Shown here piece by piece: positions 22,351-32,378 of a stretch of 62,749 bases of DNA. This DNA is from Bacteroidota bacterium. GTDB lineage: Bacteria; Bacteroidota; Bacteroidia; Bacteroidales; PUMT01. Location of the stretch: contig PUMT01000010.1 in NCBI GenBank assembly GCA_003551495.1, positions 1 through 62,749 of the forward strand. The letters are read 5' to 3'. Each line of letters begins with the position of its first letter. Positions within the stretch are counted from its first letter, which is position 1. Both the position numbers and the translations under genes were made by a program. The notes under the pieces were generated by a model. The model made no database searches. It had not been told where the DNA came from and saw only the letters and a list, made by a program, of their open reading frames with translations.

Positions 22351-22625
22351 CTTTTTAAGCGTAATAATTCCGTAGTTATAGCTTTAGATGTTTATTAAAT
22401 ATTCAGCTATTATTTTGAAGTGACCTCCATTTATTTCCCCCATTTTTAACGGATTAAGAGTCATTTCAAACGTAATGCACTATTCTTTACGGAAAAAAGC
22501 TGTATTAGGTTTTAAAAAAGGATGGATATTATGTGAAATATCGATTTTACCTGATAAAATAAACATTTCCTTCAGCGAAAGTGTTAACTGTTTACAAAAG
22601 AAAACACGGGTTATGAATTGTTTTT

Positions 22626-22633
22626 TATATTTG
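22626..22633 (+). promoter_or_regulatory. Bacteroidota -7 promoter box
   Basis: TATATTTG about 20 nt upstream of the ATG at 22653. Confidence 0.5.
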
Positions 22634-22652
22634 ATTTAAAATAAAGGCAAAA

Positions 22653-24059
22653 ATGGAAAGGGAAATATTAAGCAAAAGGAACAAGGCCTTGAACATAAAC
22701 CTCGACAATACAGTTTACGGAACATTTGCAGAGATAGGGGGTGGACAGGAAGTGGCAAGGGCATTTTTTCAGGCAGGGGGTGCTTCGGGGACGGTTGCCA
22801 AATCTATCTCGGCATACGACAAGACTTTCAGTGACAACCTTTATAACAACAAAAAAAGCGGCAGGTATGTATCTGAGACCAGACTTACCAAGATGCTTGA
22901 CATAGAATATGGTGATCTGATTAGTACATTATCCGGCAAGGTTGGAGATGACACCCGTTTTTTTGTATTTGCAGACACGGTTGAAACACTCAATTATCAA
23001 AAAGACAATAAAAGCAACGGATGGATAGGAATGAGATTCCAGCTCAGTCCGGGCTCACCCCCAAACCAGATATCGATACATATCAACCTGCTTGAGAACG
23101 ATTCACTCCTTCAGCAGCATACCCTTGGGAAATTCGGTGTAAACCTTATATACGCCTGTTACAATTTTCATGAAAGGCCAAATGTTTTCCTGCAGTCGCT
23201 TATGGACAACCTTGATACCGACCGTCTTGAGGTTAATATGGTAAGGATGGGCGGACCCGACCTCGACTTTGTTGACAACCGGCTGCTGAGCGTGCAGCTT
23301 GTAAACAACAATATGGCAAAAGCTACCATATTTGATGCAAAAGGGAATGTGCAGCAGCCCTCTGACATGCTCTACAAAAAGAACCTGCTTGCATTCAGGG
23401 GCAGTTTCCGCCCTATTACCAATGCAGGCTATGATATGATCAAAAAGAGCTGCACCACTTTCAGTGTCGACGAGGAATCTTCCCATGAAAACACCATCGC
23501 GCTATGTGAAATAACTTTAAGCAACCTTTTACAGGAAGGTGAGTTTGATGAACGGGACTTCCTTGACAGGGTAAACCTTCTGAACCAGCTTGGACAAAAT
23601 GTAATGGTCTCAAAATTCAGGGAGTATTACAAGCTGGTGAACTATTTTTCCCGTTTCAGGATAAAAAAGATGAGGGTTGTGATGGGGGTGCCGACACTTG
23701 TGAATGTATGGAACAGGAAATTTTACAAAAACCTTAAGGGTGGCATACTGGAAGCATTCGGGATGCTCTTCCCCGACAATATGAAGCTATACGTTTACCC
23801 TTCAATAGACCAGGATAGCGGCAAAATCATTACATCCGGTGATATACCGCTGAGCAAAGGCATGGTGCACCTGAATAATTACCTTAATGAGAAAGGCAAA
23901 ATCCGTGATCTTGAAAACGCAGATAAAAGGTGGCTTCACCTGAGCTCGAGACAGGTGCTTGAACTGATGCATAAAAAGGACCCTGCATGGGAGGAGATGA
24001 TCCCCGGGAAAGCACTCCGTTATATAAAAGAGAACGGGATATTCGGCTATAAGGATTGA
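22653..24059 (+). CDS. Conserved protein with nucleotidyltransferase-like (NadD-like) C-terminal region
   Basis: YGTFAEIG.GQEVAR.FF.AGGASGTVAKS.SAYD; RGSFRPIT; SSR.V...WEEMIP.....YIKENG.FGY end; no signal peptide. Confidence 0.6.
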   Translation: MEREILSKRNKALNINLDNTVYGTFAEIGGGQEVARAFFQAGGASGTVAKSISAYDKTFSDNLYNNKKSGRYVSETRLTKMLDIEYGDLISTLSGKVGDDTRFFVFADTVETLNYQKDNKSNGWIGMRFQLSPGSPPNQISIHINLLENDSLLQQHTLGKFGVNLIYACYNFHERPNVFLQSLMDNLDTDRLEVNMVRMGGPDLDFVDNRLLSVQLVNNNMAKATIFDAKGNVQQPSDMLYKKNLLAFRGSFRPITNAGYDMIKKSCTTFSVDEESSHENTIALCEITLSNLLQEGEFDERDFLDRVNLLNQLGQNVMVSKFREYYKLVNYFSRFRIKKMRVVMGVPTLVNVWNRKFYKNLKGGILEAFGMLFPDNMKLYVYPSIDQDSGKIITSGDIPLSKGMVHLNNYLNEKGKIRDLENADKRWLHLSSRQVLELMHKKDPAWEEMIPGKALRYIKENGIFGYKD

Positions 24060-24199
24060 TCCTGCGGAACTATTACTGTGGAAAACTTTTTTTAAAATTA
24101 TGTAATTTCACCAATAAACCATAAGGAACCGCTGACATAACAGGATTTAAATATTGTTGACAGTCAGTCCCCTTGTTAAATGAGACAAAATAATTTCAG

Positions 24200-26986
24200 A
24201 TGAAGAAGAATGATTCCTATCTGGGCAGTGCAGACCCTTCAGTTATTGAGAATCTTTACCGTGACTATATGGAAGACCCTTCTTCGGTTGAGGAAGGGTG
24301 GAGAAAATTTTTTGAAGGGTTTGAGTTTGCCAGAACCAATTACCGGACTTCAACATGTGACGAAACTGAAAAGGAGTTCAGTGTCATAAGGCTGATCGAT
24401 GCATACAGGCAAAGGGGGCACCTTTTCACCGAAACCAATCCGGTAAGGACAAGAAGACAGTATTCGCCAACCCTGGATATAGAGAACTTCGGACTTGAGG
24501 AAAAGGAGATGGAAACTGTTTTCAACGCAGGCAGTTACTGCGGGATAGGCCCTTCAAAGCTTAAAGATATAATAGCCCACATGAAGCAAACCTATTGCAG
24601 GTCTGTGGGAGTGGAATACCTCTATATCAGAACACCCGAAACTGTTAAATGGCTGAAGGAAAAAATGGAGGGAGTGAAAAACACGCCTTCTTTCTCAGCG
24701 GATGAAAAAAAGCATATATATCACTATCTCAAGCTTGCAGCAAAGTTTGAGCAGTATATGCACAAGAAGTTTACCGGACAAAAGCGGTTTTCCCTTGAAG
24801 GAGGTGAATCCCTTATACCGGCGCTTAATGCGGTCATTGAAAAGGGAGCTGAACTGGGAACAAGGGAGTTCGTTATAGGGATGTCGCACCGGGGAAGGCT
24901 AAACGTGCTTGCCAACATAATGCAAAAACCGTACGATGACATATTCGATGAGTTTGACGGAGAGGAGTATAACGAAGAGATTGCTCTTGGCGATGTAAAG
25001 TATCACCTTGGCTACAACTCGAAAATAATAACCGGTCAAGGCAAACAGGTCAGGCTGAACCTTGCCCCCAACCCTTCGCACCTTGAAGCTGTCGATCCCC
25101 TGGTGCTCGGCATTACAAGAGCAAAGCTGGATCATCAATATAACGGAGACAAGTCCATGATAGCCCCCATACTAATCCACGGGGATGCAGCTATTGCAGG
25201 CCAGGGTATAATTTACGAGATAATCCAGATGTCCGGGCTTGAAGGTTACGGTACAGGCGGGACGATACACCTTGTTATAAACAATCAGGTCGGCTTTACA
25301 ACAAACTATATCGAAGGACGGTCAAGCACATACTGCACAGATGCAGCCAAAGTGATAAGGGCTCCTGTTTTTCACGTTAACGGGGACGATGTGGAGGCAG
25401 TTGTATATACTATAAGTCTTGCAATGGAGTACAGGCAAAAGTTCGGTTCTGATGTGTTCATTGACATTCTGGGGTTCAGGCGGCACGGCCACAATGAAGG
25501 AGATGAACCCCGTTTCACACAGCCTCTCCTCTACAGGCAGATAGCCTCGCATCCGGGTGTTCTGAATATTTACGGCAAAAAACTACTGGAAGAGGGGGTG
25601 ATGAAAGAAGAGGAGGTAAAAAAAGCTGAAAAAGAATACGAAAACTATTTGGATGAAAAATATGCACTGGCGGAACTTGACAAGGTTGTAAGGATAGAGC
25701 CCTTTTGCGGGGAAGAATGGAAAGGGTTCCGCTATGCTGTAAATTCAGATTTCAAAACATCGCCTGACACAGGGGTGTCTGCCGGGAAACTGAAGGAGAT
25801 AGCGGAAAAGATAAACACCCTGCCCCCGGGTAAGGTGTTTTTCAGAAAAATTGAAAGGCTGCTGGAGGAAAGAAAAAAACTGAGCAAAAAAAACAGTCTC
25901 GACTGGGCAATGTGCGAATTGCTGGCATATGGTTCACTTTTGTCTGAAGGACATCCTGTAAGGCTGAGCGGACAGGACAGTGTTCGGGGCACCTTTTCAC
26001 ACAGGCATGCTTCTTATATAGTTCAGGATTCGGATGAGAAATATTATCCACTCAGTAATCTTTATAAAGAACAGGCAAAATGCAGCATATACAACTCACC
26101 CCTCTCCGAATACGGGGTGATGGGGTATGAATACGGTTATGCACTTGCACTGCCCCGGGGATTGACGATCTGGGAGGCTCAGTTTGGCGATTTCCATAAT
26201 GCAGCCCAGATAGTTGTTGACCAGTTTATAAGTTCTGCTGAGGAAAAGTGGGGACTGATGAACGGACTTGTACTGTTCCTGCCTCACGGTTATGAGGGGC
26301 AGGGACCGGAGCATTCAAGCGGGCGTATTGAAAGGTTCCTGACAATGAGTGCATCAAATAACATGCAGATAGTAAACCCCACAACACCGGCAAACTTCTT
26401 TCATCTGCTCAGGCGGCAGGTATTGCAGCCCTTCAGGGTTCCCCTTGTGGTATTCACCCCAAAAAGCCTGTTGAGGCACCCCGCATGCAGATCAACATAC
26501 GGGGAATTGAGCAAAGGAAAATTCAGAGAGGTTATTGACGATGAAACAGCTGACCCGGATAAGACGAAACAGGTAATCTTTACCTCCGGAAGGCTTTATT
26601 ACGACCTTGTTAAAAGGCGGGAAGAACGGGAAGCAACTGACACCGCAATAGTGCGAATAGAGCAGCTTTATCCCTTCCCGGGGGAACAGCTTTCAGGGAT
26701 TGTAAAGAAATACCCGAACTCTGAAAGGTATGTCTGGGCTCAGGATGAACCGGAGAATATGGGAGCATGGCATTTCATTCAGCGCAATTTCAAGGACGTT
26801 GAAATGCTGCCTGCAACAAGGCCTGCAAGCGGCGCTCCGGCGGGGGGACTGATGAAGCTTCATACAGCCAGGCTGGAAAAGATACTCAGCAAGTCGTTCA
26901 TGGAATGTGACTGCGATAAGTCAAGGAAATACTGTGGACAGGAATGCCAGAAATTTTCAATGAAATCAATGGTTGTCAGCAAATAA
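24200..26986 (+). CDS. sucA: 2-oxoglutarate dehydrogenase E1
   Basis: KRFSLEG, GMSHRGRLN, GDVKYH, HGDAA.AGQG, RGTFSHRH, WEAQFGDF, GPEHSSGR. Confidence 0.97.
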   Translation: MKKNDSYLGSADPSVIENLYRDYMEDPSSVEEGWRKFFEGFEFARTNYRTSTCDETEKEFSVIRLIDAYRQRGHLFTETNPVRTRRQYSPTLDIENFGLEEKEMETVFNAGSYCGIGPSKLKDIIAHMKQTYCRSVGVEYLYIRTPETVKWLKEKMEGVKNTPSFSADEKKHIYHYLKLAAKFEQYMHKKFTGQKRFSLEGGESLIPALNAVIEKGAELGTREFVIGMSHRGRLNVLANIMQKPYDDIFDEFDGEEYNEEIALGDVKYHLGYNSKIITGQGKQVRLNLAPNPSHLEAVDPLVLGITRAKLDHQYNGDKSMIAPILIHGDAAIAGQGIIYEIIQMSGLEGYGTGGTIHLVINNQVGFTTNYIEGRSSTYCTDAAKVIRAPVFHVNGDDVEAVVYTISLAMEYRQKFGSDVFIDILGFRRHGHNEGDEPRFTQPLLYRQIASHPGVLNIYGKKLLEEGVMKEEEVKKAEKEYENYLDEKYALAELDKVVRIEPFCGEEWKGFRYAVNSDFKTSPDTGVSAGKLKEIAEKINTLPPGKVFFRKIERLLEERKKLSKKNSLDWAMCELLAYGSLLSEGHPVRLSGQDSVRGTFSHRHASYIVQDSDEKYYPLSNLYKEQAKCSIYNSPLSEYGVMGYEYGYALALPRGLTIWEAQFGDFHNAAQIVVDQFISSAEEKWGLMNGLVLFLPHGYEGQGPEHSSGRIERFLTMSASNNMQIVNPTTPANFFHLLRRQVLQPFRVPLVVFTPKSLLRHPACRSTYGELSKGKFREVIDDETADPDKTKQVIFTSGRLYYDLVKRREEREATDTAIVRIEQLYPFPGEQLSGIVKKYPNSERYVWAQDEPENMGAWHFIQRNFKDVEMLPATRPASGAPAGGLMKLHTARLEKILSKSFMECDCDKSRKYCGQECQKFSMKSMVVSK

Positions 26987-27017
26987 ATAAATTTAAACCA
27001 CCGGAAAAATCACTATT

Positions 27018-28319
27018 ATGATTATAGAGATCAAAATACCTGAAGCAGGCGAATCGGTTACAGAAGCAGAACTTGCCAAATGGCTGGTAAATGACGGGGA
27101 CTATGTTGAAAAGGACCAGGAGCTTGCAGAAATCGAATCTGACAAGGCTACATTGCCTTTAATAGCCACTGAAAGCGGTAAAATTGAGATCCTGGCAGAA
27201 GAAGGAGCAACCGTGAAACCCGGTTCCGTTGCCTGCAAAATAGATACATCCGCCAAACCTGAAAAAAAGCCCTCCCCTGCCCCGGAAGAGGTCAAAGATA
27301 AAAGCACCGTTCAGGAAACAGGAACGGTAAAAGATGAAAAACAGTTACCAGAGGCAGCAAAAGATGAAAAAACAGCACCTGCGGGATCCGAAACCAAAGA
27401 AGCCGGTACGTCAGAAGGATCGCAGGTAAAGACAACCCCCCTTGCCCGCAGGATGATGAAGGAGAAAAACCTTTCCGTTAACGATATTATAAACGGACTG
27501 AGAAAGATAACCGCTGACGATGTGGAAGCAGCAGTATCGGCAGGAGCAGCGGCTGAAATAACCTCCCCGGTATCCCGTGGAGAAGCTTCCAGGGAAGAAA
27601 GCAGCAACAGGATGTCCAGGCTCCGCCGCAAACTGAGCGAAAGGCTTGTTGCCGTGAAAAACGAAACGGCCATGCTCACCACATTCAACGAGGCAGATAT
27701 GGGCAACATCATGGAGATGCGGAAGAAATACCAGATGAGGTTCACAGAGAAGCACGGGGTGAAGCTGGGACTGATGTCATTCTTTGTCAGGGCAGCCGTG
27801 AAAGCCCTTGAACTTTATCCCCTTGTAAACTCCCGGATAGAAGAAGAAAATATTGTAACCCCCGGATACTGCGATATTGGGATTGCAGTGCAGACTGACA
27901 AAGGCTTAATGGTCCCTGTGATAAGGAATGCCGAGGTGATGGGAATGGCTGAGATAGAAAAAAAGATCCTGGAGCTTGCCGAAAAGGCAAGGAAGAACCG
28001 TATCACCCCCGACGATATGGCCGGGGGCACTTTCACCATAACCAACGGCGGCATCTTCGGATCACTGCTGTCAACACCGCTTATCAACCCTCCCCAGTCG
28101 GCTATCCTCGGCATGCACAACATTGTGGAAAGACCGGTAGCAGTGAACGGTAAAGTTGAAATAAGGCAAATGATGTACCTGGCACTCTCGTATGACCACC
28201 GGATGGTTGACGGCAGGGACTCGGTAGGCTTCCTCGTCAGGATCAAGGAGATGATAGAAAACCCGGCCGCAATGCTAACCGGAGGCCACAACCCCGCTGA
28301 AATGCTCCTGGACGTCTGA
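27018..28319 (+). CDS. sucB: Dihydrolipoyllysine-residue succinyltransferase E2
   Basis: Lipoyl domain [36 protein letters not shown]. Confidence 0.96.
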   Translation: MIIEIKIPEAGESVTEAELAKWLVNDGDYVEKDQELAEIESDKATLPLIATESGKIEILAEEGATVKPGSVACKIDTSAKPEKKPSPAPEEVKDKSTVQETGTVKDEKQLPEAAKDEKTAPAGSETKEAGTSEGSQVKTTPLARRMMKEKNLSVNDIINGLRKITADDVEAAVSAGAAAEITSPVSRGEASREESSNRMSRLRRKLSERLVAVKNETAMLTTFNEADMGNIMEMRKKYQMRFTEKHGVKLGLMSFFVRAAVKALELYPLVNSRIEEENIVTPGYCDIGIAVQTDKGLMVPVIRNAEVMGMAEIEKKILELAEKARKNRITPDDMAGGTFTITNGGIFGSLLSTPLINPPQSAILGMHNIVERPVAVNGKVEIRQMMYLALSYDHRMVDGRDSVGFLVRIKEMIENPAAMLTGGHNPAEMLLDV

Positions 28320-28365
28320 ACCTGCCTGGAAACTGCTGAAATGTTCATGGTCGTCTGTGCCTGCC
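28296..28365. repeat. Imperfect 31-bp direct repeat duplicating the sucB 3' end
   Basis: GCTGAAATGCTCCTGGACGTCTGAACCTGCC (28296-28326) vs GCTGAAATGTTCATGGTCGTCTGTGCCTGCC (28335-28365), 26/31 identical. Confidence 0.75.
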
Positions 28366-28518
28366 CCTACCTTGCTGCATAACCAAACATTATACAAAGG
28401 ACTCTCCAAGACCCGTTTAAAAAACCTTCAAAAGTCAACATTCAAAAAAATATATACACTTGACGTTATGCCCAATAGTTTTAACTCAGTGATTTTTTGG
28501 ATATTCAGAATTAGGCAC

Positions 28519-28548
28519 TATCTTTGATAATATCAAATGATAGTATCA
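28519..28548 (+). promoter_or_regulatory. -7 promoter box plus tandem palindromic operator of the fic gene
   Basis: TATCTTTG (28519-28526) overlapped by TGATAATATCA (28525-28535) and followed by TGATAGTATCA (28538-28548). Confidence 0.6.
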
Positions 28549-29504
28549 TGAAGCCTCCTTATGAAATAACGCCTAAAATCCTCAAGCTTGTATCCTCAAT
28601 TTCTGAGAAAATTGGAGAAGCGCATGCTAATTATTTAAGTAGACCTTCCCCCCAGCTACGGAGGCATAACAAGATAAGAACGATTCACTCATCCTTGAAA
28701 ATTGAGGGCAACACCTTAACTCAAGATCAGGTTACTGCTTTAATTGACAATAAGCGGGTAGTTGGACCCAGGAAAGATATATTAGAAGTAAAAAATGCGA
28801 TCAAAGTATATGATGGACTTTCAGAATATGATCCATTTTCCTCAAAATCCTTTTTAAAGGCTCACAAGCATTTAATGGAGGGGTTAATTGAATATCCAGG
28901 AATATATAGACGTCAGGGCGTGGGTATATTTCAAGGGTCAAGAGTTGCTCATGTAGCTCCACCGGCAGAAAATGTTCCAGGCCTTATGAGAGATTTATTC
29001 AAATACATAAAAACTACTGAAGAGCTAACAATAATAAAGAGCTGTGTCTTCCATTATGAAATGGAGTTTATCCATCCATTCATGGATGGAAACGGGAGAA
29101 TGGGGAGATTGTGGCAGACATTAATACTTTTGGATGAATATCCGGTTTTTGAATTTCTTCCTTTTGAATCTCTAATAAGTCAAACCCAACAAGATTATTA
29201 TGAATCTCTTGCCAAATGTGATAAAGCAGGTGAATCCACCATTTTTATTGAATACATGCTTGAAGTAATTGATAAGTCATTAAATGAGCTACTGGGATTT
29301 AGTAATAGAGTTTTTACAGATATTGACAGATTAAACTATTTTATCTCTTTGGGTCATAGAGAATTTTCCAGAAAAGACTATATGAATGTATTTAAAAATA
29401 TTTCAACTGCCACAGCTAGTAGAGATTTGAAAAAGGGTGTTGAAATAGGATTATTTGGCAAGAGGGGTATAAAAAACAGTACTGTTTATAAAGTTTTAAA
29501 GTAA
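28548..29504 (+). CDS. Fic family protein with C-terminal HTH
   Basis: HPFMDGNGRMGR catalytic motif, S.KIEGN motif, ISTATASRDL HTH; start reassigned to ATG 28548. Confidence 0.93.
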   Translation: MKPPYEITPKILKLVSSISEKIGEAHANYLSRPSPQLRRHNKIRTIHSSLKIEGNTLTQDQVTALIDNKRVVGPRKDILEVKNAIKVYDGLSEYDPFSSKSFLKAHKHLMEGLIEYPGIYRRQGVGIFQGSRVAHVAPPAENVPGLMRDLFKYIKTTEELTIIKSCVFHYEMEFIHPFMDGNGRMGRLWQTLILLDEYPVFEFLPFESLISQTQQDYYESLAKCDKAGESTIFIEYMLEVIDKSLNELLGFSNRVFTDIDRLNYFISLGHREFSRKDYMNVFKNISTATASRDLKKGVEIGLFGKRGIKNSTVYKVLK

Positions 29505-29509
29505 CTACC

Positions 29510-29642
29510 GGGCATAATAAAGTGTATATTCCAGGCGGGTTTTTCATAGGAATTCATTAACTCGCTCATTGAGTAAATAAGGTAGAGGGTCAAGCTTAAG
29601 TAGATATAATTCCCGCCCGTAACATACAATCGATCGTTACAC
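29510..29642 (+). other. attC-like recombination site
   Basis: R''-like GCATAAT; arms GTATATTCCAGGCGGG (29524-29539) and CCCGCCCGTAACATAC (29612-29627); R'-like GTTACAC (29636-29642); about 130 bp. Confidence 0.6.
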
Positions 29643-29884
29643 ACCATTGAAAAAAGAGACGCACACCAAACAGGTGACTGATTTAAACATGATATTTTTA
29701 ATAGCGTTAATAGAAGCGACTGTTTCAGGAGAAGCAGACATCCGGGGCAAACCATTTTCCTGTTTATTTGTTATTTAATTGACAGAGTCCGGCATTCCAC
29801 GGATTGTTGACGTTAATTCAGACTGCTGGTTGTGGTTGTTTCAACCCTCTCAAATGCATTTAACTAAATATATTTATTTGTAGT

Positions 29885-32188
29885 ATGATAGTTAAAGTTT
29901 CACTTATTGTCGCTGCAATTCTATTTTTCCCTGTGCATTCGTTTTCCGGGTTAACCGGTAATGTTATTGATTCAGGCACCGGGAAACCTATAGTTGGCGC
30001 GAATATTTCTTACAGCGGCGGAGAAAGGGGAACAGTAAGCAATGCGAAGGGCTTTTTTGAAATAAAAGACTTTCATGAAGATGATTTTGTTGTTAGTGCA
30101 ATCGGTTACAAAACCAAGACTGTAGCTGTTATTCCCGGAAAGGACCATTACCGGATATATCTTGATCCTGCTGATTATTCACTGCAGGAGGTAGAGGTGA
30201 CAGCCTTTAACCGTACACGGCGGCTGGTCGATGTACCCGGGTCTATTTCAATGATCCCGGCCAGCCGGATTGAAAGGGAACGGCCGGTAACAGTGGTGCC
30301 TGTCCTGAACCAGGTTCCGGGAGTTTTTGCACATTCCGGCGCACTGAATACAAGCCGTATCACCATAAGGGGTATTGGCGCCAGGGTGCCTTATGCTACC
30401 GGTAAAATCCGTGCATACCTTAACAATATTCCGCTGACGAACGGTTCGGGGATCAGCATAGTTGAAGATATAGACCCCTCTGTCTTAGAGCAGATAGAGA
30501 TCATTAAGGGCCCTGCAACAAGTGTCTATGGTGCAGGACTTGGTGGAACCGTTGTAATGACCGCAAGGAACCCGGATCTGCAGCCCAACCAGGTCAGCAA
30601 CAGCTTTAATGCCGGGTCGTGGGGCCTTTACCGGAACACATTGAATATTGATGCCGGAACCAGTAATATGGGTATCAGTCTTAACTATAACCACACACAG
30701 AGCAGCGGCTACCGGCAAAACAACCAGTACAGGAGAGACGGACTAACTGCTGTTTCACAGCTGAATGCCTGGGAAAATACCAGCGTTACGGCAATTATTA
30801 ATTACACAAGCCTTAAGGCCCACATACCAAGCTCAATCGATAGCGCAACCTATGTATCACAACCAAGTTCAGCAGCGGCAAACTGGTTGCGTACAAGAGG
30901 CTATGAAGATTATGACAAGGTGCTGGCGGGTGTATCGGCTGAATATGATATCAGTAACTCGTTATCTGCAAACCTGAGCCTTTTTTCAACTTTTGTCCGC
31001 GAAAAAGAGATGAGGCCGTTTGACGTACTCAATGAAGACCGGTTAAGTGGTGGCACAAGACTCAAGTTAACCTGGTCAGGAACCACGGCTGCCGGCTCCT
31101 GGCAGATTCTTGGCGGCACTGAACTTTATCGCGAAAATTACGGTTACACCTCACATGAGAATATCGGTGGACTGGGGGAAAAAGGTTCAATGATAAGTGA
31201 TAACCACGAAGTTATTTCGTGGTATAATATATTTCTGCAATCTGACCTGGACTTAGCACGTCTGAAAGTTTCCGCAGGTGTTAACATGAATTCAAGCAGT
31301 ACAGATTACACTGACCTGTTTGTTACCGGTCCCGGTAATCCTTCTGGGAGATACAGCTACGGAAATATTATTTCCCCGCGTATCAGTGCCAATTACCGCT
31401 ATTTCCGGAACAATTCGGTCTTTATGACAATCAGTCACGGTTTTTCTCCACCATCGCTTTCCGAAACATTAACTCCCGAAGGCTTTATCAATCCCGATAT
31501 AAAACCTGAAAAAAGCTGGAACCTGGAGGCAGGTTTAAGAGGCAATCTTCTGGATAACCGGCTGTTTTATGATATCAATTTTTTCAGGATGCAGGTCGAG
31601 GATCTGCTTGTAGCGGAAAGAGTAGGCGAAGATGCATGGGTTGGAAGAAATGCCGGGGAATCACTTCATAGGGGGTTTGAAGGTGAATTCCAGCTTATCC
31701 TCTTTCGCAGCAGCGATACGGGCACGGGTTCATGGTGGGCACCGGATGAAGTCGTCCTGACTCCCAACCTGACCCTTAATAATTTCAGGTTCACTGATTT
31801 TACTGATGAAGGGGTTGATTATTCCGGCAACCTTCTTCCGGGAATACCTGACAGGGTTTTAAATACAGGGATTTATGGATCACTGAAAGGGGGATTGTAT
31901 GCAAACCTCAATTTCAGGTTCGTAGGCAAGATTCCCATGAATGATGCAAATAGCCGTTTTTATGAAGGCCATAATGTGATAAATGCAACTTTGGGTTTTA
32001 AAACAACGATATCAGATAATATTGAGACCGATGCATTTGTTTTTGCAGGAAATATTACCAACAACAAATATGCTTCCATGATCCTTATAAATGCCCCTTC
32101 TTTTAATGATACCCCCCGCCGTTATTACTACCCGGGCAATCCGTTGAATTTTTCGGCAGGAATAAATATCAGATACAGGTTTAACTAG
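29885..32188 (+). CDS. TonB-dependent receptor with N-terminal carboxypeptidase-regulatory-like domain
   Basis: G.VIDS.TG.PI.GANI, LQEVEVTA, RITIRGIG, IEIIKGP.TSVYGAGLGG, NPDIKPE, C-terminal YRFN. Confidence 0.92.
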   Translation: MIVKVSLIVAAILFFPVHSFSGLTGNVIDSGTGKPIVGANISYSGGERGTVSNAKGFFEIKDFHEDDFVVSAIGYKTKTVAVIPGKDHYRIYLDPADYSLQEVEVTAFNRTRRLVDVPGSISMIPASRIERERPVTVVPVLNQVPGVFAHSGALNTSRITIRGIGARVPYATGKIRAYLNNIPLTNGSGISIVEDIDPSVLEQIEIIKGPATSVYGAGLGGTVVMTARNPDLQPNQVSNSFNAGSWGLYRNTLNIDAGTSNMGISLNYNHTQSSGYRQNNQYRRDGLTAVSQLNAWENTSVTAIINYTSLKAHIPSSIDSATYVSQPSSAAANWLRTRGYEDYDKVLAGVSAEYDISNSLSANLSLFSTFVREKEMRPFDVLNEDRLSGGTRLKLTWSGTTAAGSWQILGGTELYRENYGYTSHENIGGLGEKGSMISDNHEVISWYNIFLQSDLDLARLKVSAGVNMNSSSTDYTDLFVTGPGNPSGRYSYGNIISPRISANYRYFRNNSVFMTISHGFSPPSLSETLTPEGFINPDIKPEKSWNLEAGLRGNLLDNRLFYDINFFRMQVEDLLVAERVGEDAWVGRNAGESLHRGFEGEFQLILFRSSDTGTGSWWAPDEVVLTPNLTLNNFRFTDFTDEGVDYSGNLLPGIPDRVLNTGIYGSLKGGLYANLNFRFVGKIPMNDANSRFYEGHNVINATLGFKTTISDNIETDAFVFAGNITNNKYASMILINAPSFNDTPRRYYYPGNPLNFSAGINIRYRFN

Positions 32189-32378
32189 CATCTTTAACCA
32201 GGCACCTATAATCATCTGCTTAATTTAGTGATCACTCCCCCACCCCGGGTATAAGGTGAGCGGATTATAGAACAGGGTGACTTTGGACTGTTTTGTCTAA
32301 TTGAAGGAGAAAAGTGGTTAAAGCCCCTTGCCGGGGAATAATTTTTGAGCATATTTAAAGGAAACAAAAATAGTTCTT

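Larger units (their letters stand above)
28465..29642 (+). mobile_element. Putative integron-type gene cassette carrying a Fic gene
   Basis: Begins GTTATGCCC; its complement GGGCATAAT follows 5 nt after the Fic stop, then inner inverted arms and GTTACAC; the gene is visibly AT-richer than its neighbours. Confidence 0.6.

Noticed and set aside
22653..24059. TonB-dependent receptor label sometimes attached to this family
   Set aside because: No signal peptide, plug motif or beta-barrel pattern.
29486..29755. 89-aa minus-strand ORF as a Fic antitoxin
   Set aside because: It runs across the attC-like site, has no convincing motif, and the Fic protein carries its own SxxIEG inhibitory-type motif.
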